Source: Callorhinchus milii (taxonomy: Eukaryota). From it: DNA of 64,000 nucleotides. A program made the translations under genes and the position numbers. Under the pieces are notes generated by a model. That model was given only the letters and a program-made list of their open reading frames with translations, ran no database searches and had not been told where the DNA came from. The DNA lies in NCBI RefSeq assembly GCF_018977255.1, contig NW_024704751.1, forward strand, positions 6,386,001-6,450,000, in the 5' to 3' direction. This document shows, in pieces, positions 56,601 through 64,000 of the stretch (the first letter of the stretch is position 1; every line of letters begins with the position of its first letter).

Positions 56601-58236
56601 GGAGAGGTACTGGTACGGATGGTGAGTTGACTCCTTAATCTAATGGATCGATCCTAGACATTGGGTGAAAATAATCTTTGGTGGGGAAGGGGGTCTGAGT
56701 AAAATTTAGTTAAATATTGGTTATTGATGAGGAATTCCTGGTTACATCTGAAAAGAAGTTTTTGCTCATTTGTGCCTACGTGAGTGGGAGTCATCCCAAT
56801 CGGCTCCTGTTAACTCTGCAATGGCCTTTAATGGGTAAGGTGGTCCTAGCTGTACAAGAAGCAGGAAACTTTGCCAGACATTGCTATCAATGGCTAGCTG
56901 TGTGGTTTTAGCTGGTTAGACTCAAGCAGTTACCCCAACACACACTCTGGGTTCCCCAAGCCTTGGCTCTTGCCGACCTGCACCTAATACTTTCCAGAGT
57001 TAGGTAAGCAAGATGCGTCCTTCCAGGGAGAGAGTGCGCATTCCATTCCAACAATCTATCTCTGGGATTCCCCCCAAAAAGAGCAAGATCTGGTTTCTCA
57101 TTGGCTTTCCTGTTGCTTTTTAAAGGTGCAGGAAGTACGATCGGGTGCCCATCGCTGTCCCCAGAGATTCTGTTCTCTATGACTACGGGGGAGACTTGAT
57201 TGATGACCTAATTCTGAGGCCAGAGCCTGGTTCGGAGGAGCCCATGACCTTGCCCCCGGCCAGCATTCCCCCGGCATTTACAGCGGCTCCAGGATCTGCC
57301 AAGGCAGAGCAGTCGACTCTGGGTCAGATGCTGAATGTGGCCGAGGATGTCCTCAAAGTCATGGCCACCGTCACCCAGAGCTCGGCCCATTGCAACGATC
57401 CGGGCGGCGCCACGGGGACTGACGAGCGCAAAGCGTCCGAGAAGGGCAGGAAGAAGGAGAGGAAAGGGAAGAAAGGCAAGAAGAGGAGGAAGGGCAAAGG
57501 GAGGAAGAAGCATCGCAAAGCCAAATGCAGCACGTCTACCAATCGCTTCCCGGGCCTGGAAGACCAGGGAATGCAGAGCAAGAACTTCCTGGGTGAGGTG
57601 GAGAAGATTGGAAGTGACAAGCACCTCAAGCAAAATGTACTGGACAATTCCTTGCAATTGGAGAGAAGCGAAGATATATTCAACCATGTGATGAACGACG
57701 ACCCCTACAGGGCTCAACCCATGACTCCAACTTCCCAGACGTTCACTCAAGCGGTCTTGAAACCAGACACCAACTTTCACCTTCGCACGGTGGAAAATCC
57801 CGCACCTAGAGAGACGACAACGAACCCTAAGCTTTACCACCAGGTCCCCACCGAGTCAGTCCAAAAGCGAGGTCATCTGGGTGGATTCGTCAGTGATGAG
57901 ATACTGTCACTCGTTGAGGAAGGTCCCAACTCCAAGGCCGTCCAGAAAGGGACTTCTGCCAAAACGCTTCTCAAGGCCACAGCCCACAAAGAGGAGCCTC
58001 TCGCCCCGTTGGATGTTCGTCGGAATCTTAAGCTGGTGGAAGGCGGATCGAAACTCGAAGCCAACCATCCCGCCCACGCCTCGCAGCAAAGCAGAGGCAA
58101 GAATCGGAAACAGCGTCGCAAGGGCAAGGGAAGGAAAAAGCACCGTCAGAAATCACAGCAGAAAAAAGGACTTGGTTTTACTGAGCACACCTCCGTCTCC
58201 CGGGGCAAGACCGCTCGCAGCGAACTCGCTAACTAG
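53693..58236 (+). CDS. PROCA1: PROCA1 orthologue / group III secreted phospholipase A2-like protein, 677 aa. Exons 53693-54347, 55260-55392, 56487-56621, 57126-58236.
   Basis: RAKR|[14 protein letters not shown] (Ca-binding loop), [11 protein letters not shown] (catalytic His-Asp), [36 protein letters not shown], and a Lys-rich tail. Open over 2034 nt. Position and orientation between RAB34 and SUPT6H match PROCA1. Confidence 0.92.
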
Positions 58237-60889
58237 CGTTTAAAGTTTCATAATCCGTACTTGAAACGAGCCCAAAAAACACAGCATTGGGAATCATACT
58301 AAAATTCTCTTAACCATCACGAAATTGGGTTTAGATGTATTGTCACAAGTACAGGAAGCAGAGAACTCCCCTTCCTTTAAACAAAAAACAAATTAAGCCC
58401 TTCAAGTATAACAACAACTTACATTTATATATATCAAACCCCTGCCCCCTGCCCCCCACCCACGAAAGTGCTCCACAGAGCACTTGGAAGCACGTAAATA
58501 TATACTCTGTGATTTACTGAAGTTTTCTTGTTGGTTTTTGAACCTTTAGCGTATGGGTTCACGATTTGTAAGAGGCAGACTTGCTAAACTTGCTAAAACC
58601 CCAACTTGTGCGAATATTAACACTGTACATATGTTTCTCCTCGTAAAACTCTTTACAACATTAATTGATGGTAATCGATACAAACTTGAAGTATATTCTT
58701 TTTAAGAACGTTTCATTAAAATAGCTGCATCCTAATGGATATACACATACATATATCTATAATATGTGTGTGTGTGTGTGTGCGTGTAACTCTTAGTCTG
58801 GTTTGGATATTCGAAGCATTTTGATGGGTTTCTCCATGTGTCTATCAAACCAAAACAGAGCAAAATCCTTTCCTACTTTGATTCCAACCTTATCCTTACA
58901 CCCCCACCCACCTCCACCACCATCGCCACCAAATATATTGCAGCAAATCCATGGGACAAGATAGATTCTAACATACACAGCCCAGGAAGTCTGTCTATGA
59001 TGGAAAATTTTCAAAGCTGTGCATTGAGTCAGTTCAGTGCGGTTCTGGGGTATGCTGTGTTGTCAGAGATGCAGTCCTTCATATGAGACATTAAAACCAA
59101 TGCCCCTTCTGCCTAGTCAGATGAATAGCAAAGATCTCACTGCCCTGTTTGAAAAATGAAGAGAGTTTCTCTCTCCCGGTGTCCTGGCCATGAATTCCCC
59201 CATGGCTGTTCGCTGTGCACAAATTGAGGTGCTGATTTTGCCCACAAGTACATGGTTACTGCACTTCACAGTAAATTACAAATGCAAGGATTCCTATCAT
59301 TACAACCCTATAAATACAAATACACAGTCACTACACTTGATAGCAATTATCTGGGAAGCTCACCCAGCTTCCAAGGAATGACATCTGCACATTTGCACTT
59401 TGCAGCAGGGCTTATGTGGTAATAAACATAATGCAATCCAAATAACCTTCATTGTAACCACAACAGCATCCATCACAGTTGGTACAGATCAGTCATGACA
59501 TCCTTATAGATTAGAGTGGTTGTTAGTCGATTGGCGGATCGCTTTTCCGGGGGTAATAACCTCTTCAAAAAATAATAATCATAATGTGGCCACTCAATCC
59601 GCAACGGTTTGTGGGACGCTGCTGTGTGCAATTGGCTGCCGCCTTTCACCCACAAATTACTCTGTCAATTCACTTTACAGTATATTCTGTGAAGCGCTTT
59701 GAGACGTCTCAACGACGTGATAAGGCGCTACATCAAATGCAAGGATTATTATTAATGGGTTCCCATTCACTAAAACTGAAGTATTCTCACTGAGAAAAAA
59801 TACCTTTTCTTGTATTGACTTTAGAATTCAAGTCCCATTGTGAGTTCAACTTGACTCAATGTTGCATAGCTAATTGGGTCGGTGCTGTGACATTAGCTGA
59901 ACTGATGTTTCGAAGCTGCTGGTGTGCAAAACACCGATTAATGTGATTAAACCAATGCTAAAGTTTGCAAACCGCTATTAATTGAACCCAACATGATGAG
60001 GCCTTACACTGCCATTCATGACGTTAATAATCAGTGTAAAGGGTTTCCGCTGATGGAGAAATCACCGCATTGCTCTATGGCAATTTACTATTACAGCATT
60101 GGTAATAAAGGCTGTGGAGTCTTAGAGCTGAAAGAAGATTAATGCCTTAGCATTCCAGTATAAAGGCTAATCTCTGTAAACTATGTGATGCAGGAAAGTC
60201 TACTATTTTCTGCAAGCTAAATCCCAACAGAAATCAAATCTGCTCGAACCATCATTAAACCCACATCGCCTGATCCTCACATGCTTCCATTTGTTTCCAT
60301 GCGTTCCGCCCACAGATATGCAGTCAATTCACTTTGCAGTATATTCGTGGGAGTCCTGTGGCTCAGTGGTTAGAGCACTCGCCTCGCGAGCGAGAGGATC
60401 TGGGTTTGATTCCCGGCCAGGGTGACTCCACACGCCTGTTCACCTAGCAGTAAGTAGGAAATCGATTATTAGTCGATTGGCGGATCAACTTTTCTGGGGA
60501 TAATAATTCATTCAAAAAATAAGAATTTGGTCACGTAATCCACGCCTATTCGTGGGGACACTGCTGTGCGCAGTTGGCTATCCCGTTTCGCCCACAAATA
60601 CAGTCAAATTCACTTTACAGTATATTCTGTAGGATTATTCTTATTCTGCGAAGCGCCTCAATGACATGATAAGGCGCTATATCAAATGCAAGGATTATTG
60701 TTACTAATAATATTATTAAAGCTGCATCTTTTTACGAGAGTTACGATCGAAACATTCGCCCACAAAATACCCAGCTGCTACCTTTCCCTCTTTGTCCTGA
60801 CGCTTCCCGAGTCGAAGCCAACTTGTACAGCTCACGGCAACTCGCAACATCAAGAATAAGTGTAATCAAGAAACATCAAGACACCCAGC

Positions 60890-63681
60890 TAGCTTGGTGT
60901 ATTAGTTTATTCATGGAGAGAGATAGATACAGTACACTTCAAGAATGGCAAGCATGATAAAGAATACAGTTCAAGTTCTTTTTGCGTCCCGAACACAAAT
61001 AATGTACATTTTCTGAAGCCATATAAACTTATCGAAACAAACAACCGAGTGGATGAGAACAATAATTTTTTTTCAGGCCGGCAAGGGTTTGCCACCAATT
61101 CAGTCCGTGGGTGGGTTGGGAGGGGGGAAAGGGGGGAGAGGCAGGCTTAGCAAGAGAAGATGCAAGTGATAAAAGCAGCCTTTTTTTTTGTTTTAACTTC
61201 AGTGTAAAACGTTACACAACTGGAACATAACACGTCAGATGTCACAGCATTGTTCTGAGCAAGTGGGGCCCCTTTTTTTACACACACTGGATCAGTCAAA
61301 GTCAAGAACACATTCAAACCAGCGAAAACTCAAAATGTATTTCCATGTAAGTAAACAATAGCCCGGTAGATTTACTCAAACCGTATATAGGCTGTATTAT
61401 TTTAAATAAAATACATCGCTACGTTAGTGCCTATTGTGCAGCCGCAATTGTTTGTGTGAAAAAATTCAACCCAGTTTTTAAATCGCATTATATCTACACT
61501 TATTACAAACTTTTTTTTTTTTTTTTGAAAGGTATTGAAAATAGTTAACAAGAGTAACTCACAATTGTACAAAAAAAGTAATTCCGGCCCCCCAAAATAT
61601 TAACTAAAGATCCAGATGTTTGTATTCCCATTTTCTCCTCAGTTAACCTATTTGACCCCCAACACTTTACATGCAAGGCTTAGCTCCCCAATGTATAATA
61701 ACCCAATGCAACAACTAATCTACCTTAGTGTTTGCTCCTGTCAATTCTGAGAATTAAATGCGTTGTTGCAAAGTGGAAATATAGGCAAATATTGAATACA
61801 TTTAGTGCTTTGCACGATATCAAACGGGGAGGGGGGGGGGATTTGGGGGAGAGAAGCGAATCGCAAGCACCACCGCACAAACAAACCCGTTCAATGAAAC
61901 TTTCAAAATTCGCATCATAATTTGTAGCCGAAGAAGTAACTTAATAAGCATTTGTTATATTTATTTAGCGACGACAGAATCTGGCCAGAACGAACTTTTC
62001 TCCAACGCCTGTTTTTGCTTTTTCGAATTTGGTAAGTGTTGGGTTTTGCCACCAAAGTTGTGTGAGGATTCCAGGATTGTGAGGGGGAAGGGAGGGGTGG
62101 GGGGAAAGGTACAAAAGTACGATCCTCACTGACTGTTCCCCACTCGCTCTTACTTTGCTCACAAACATTTGACACAAGCTGGCTTAGTCTTAGTTTGGTT
62201 AAGATGGGCTGAAAGGTACTTTCAATAACATTCAGCTCATTTTTGAAGGACTGCGACAATATTCCCGAACCGTACTTTCTGAAAGGGACTTTCCATTGCA
62301 TTGGTGAGTGTCGAAGGGGACTCAGATAGCATCTGAAGTTATCTGAACCCTGAGAGACATGGCACTGTTGAAATGCAACTCCCATCAAAGTTACGGCTTG
62401 GAACATAAACCTCTGGGAGTTTGTGGGAGGGTGAGGGAGGAATTGGCGACAGAGGACAGAGAGTTTATTCGGTGGGTAGATGGATATGTTCAGTTAAGTC
62501 AAGTGAGCTTGAAATGAACATTTGACTTGAACTGCAGTGACAATGCTTTATCTGAATCTTCTATCGTTTATGGGGAAGGGGAAGAAAAACAAATAGCAAA
62601 ACCCACAAACAACTAATTCCTAGATCACAGTGAGCTCAGGTGACACAGGAGAGGAGCAGGTTGGAACTCAGATTACACAGAAGCTGCCTCCATCTGCCAC
62701 GACACCCAATTCGGAGTTTTATTTTAAAAGAGAAACCCCAAAGGGAATAAAATCGGCCCAGTTTCACTCGGCTATTGGCCGACACACGAGCTACTTGCTG
62801 TGTTGCCACACTGAGCCATAAACTCACCCCCTCATCACTGTCTATGCACGAGCTCAGTGGTAAAATTAGAATAATTTAATAGGCGACTGAAAACTATTCC
62901 GTCCTAGTTCCAAGTTACAAAATAATCAGATAATGAGAAGGTATCTTCAAAAGTAAATGTTCTTTTATTTAAAGGGAGGGGAGGGGGTGTGGGGTGGGGG
63001 GGGGGGGGGTTGGTGGGGGACAAGAGAAAAAATGAAGCTTATTAAACCAAGTACAATTTGAATCGCCTTTTTCCCACCCAAAAAGAAATATGTATCGCAT
63101 ACCTGTGGCAATCGTTGACAAGAACACAGTTTTAAAACAAAAAAAAAGTTTTCGAGTAGATCTACTTATGTACATCATCATAGCATATGAAAAAAAAAGG
63201 TCGCATTTGTTAAGGAGTTGAGAACCCAAATGTGGGGCTGTCAATGACTTAACAGATATGAAACACTAGCTCCTTGGAGATTAAAATTAGGCTGTAAACA
63301 GGCTTTCTTTTTGCACGTGTGCAAGTCTTAATAGGGCAGAGAGATGCACTCTCCGAGTTTCAGCCTTTGGCAGAGTAGTCACGCCCTTCGGCCCATCCAT
63401 CCATCCATCCATTCATTCCTTCATTCATTCATTCCTTCTAACAATCCAGTGATTTTCCCTCAGTCCTTCTGAAAGTGTCAAACTTCCCCTTTGTATAAGC
63501 AATACTGAGTGTCACAGACATTCGGAAAAACAGCCAATACATAGCGTAGAAAATAAAAATTTCCCAGGCAAAAAACTGCAGCTTTTTTTTTGGTATAAGG
63601 GAAACACTGAAATTAGCAGGTCCAGGCAAACTGGGATTGAAGTTCAAATGCCGTTTGTTTTCTCCTCCTCCTCCTCCTCCT
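60890..63681 (-). other. Probable SUPT6H 3' UTR with polyA signals at 62964-62969 and 60906-60911
   Basis: SINE-free AU-rich stretch downstream of the stop codon, with two AATAAA hexamers on the minus strand. Confidence 0.55.
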
Positions 63682-63871
63682 CTACCGATCCATTTCGTCC
63701 AGCAGTGGGGTGGCGTCGCCAGCGATGGACATGGGGGTGCCTTCGATCATGGGGCTGGGGGATGGACGGGGAGTCATCTTGGCCTTCTGTTTCCGCCGCT
63801 CCTGTTCCTTCTCCTGCAGCCACTGTTCGGCTATCTTACCCCAATCAACCGCGGTGTGAGCAGTCGAAGAC
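63682..63871 (-). CDS. SUPT6H: Transcription elongation factor SPT6, last coding exon (gene continues beyond the window)
   Basis: [56 protein letters not shown] is the SPT6 C-terminus. Acceptor at 63872-63873. Confidence 0.97.
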
Positions 63872-64000
63872 CTGGAGCAATGCAAATAGTGGACAAACGT
63901 CAGTGTTTCAAACCACCTCTTTTTTCAGTGCTTTAACTGCTTCTAACCACCCAACTCTCACCCCCCCACCCCCCAGTTTTAACAACGCTCTCTTTCAGAC

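Larger units (their letters stand above)
38200..59343. repeat. Head-to-tail tandem duplication of about 10.6 kb (copy 1 38200-48821, copy 2 48822-59343)
   Basis: Sequence starting agaattcactgtcaaggtgg at 38200 recurs at 48822. The end ..cagtcactacacttgatag recurs at 59343. The copies are near-identical throughout. Confidence 0.97.

Noticed and set aside
59993-60053. ATGATGA..CTGA C/D-box-like segment with an internal hairpin
   Set aside because: Intergenic with no host intron, and no recognisable antisense guide.

Overview
Vertebrate genomic DNA, almost certainly a cartilaginous fish: tRNA-derived and Deu-type SINEs plus L2/CR1 remnants suggest a chimaera such as Callorhinchus, which is an inference. 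The window is the ancestral counterpart of the human 17q11.2 SUPT6H-PROCA1-RAB34-RPL23A block. Genes, with exons traced by hand to GT/AG boundaries: MRM1 (-, one apparent frameshift); RPL23A (-), hosting two SNORD4/Z17 copies and a SNORD42-like RNA with a diverged guide; RAB34 (+); an uncharacterised APRT-like phosphoribosyltransferase (-) with a non-canonical DQW PRPP loop; a PROCA1 orthologue (+) that retains a complete group III secreted phospholipase A2 domain; and the last exon and 3' UTR of SUPT6H (-). The PROCA1-like gene lies in a near-identical 10.6-kb tandem duplication (38200-48821 and 48822-59343), and the first copy carries frameshifts. Comparisons with human genes and RNAs are from recall, not from database searches. 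Most ORFs in the supplied track are spurious translations of SINEs and simple repeats.
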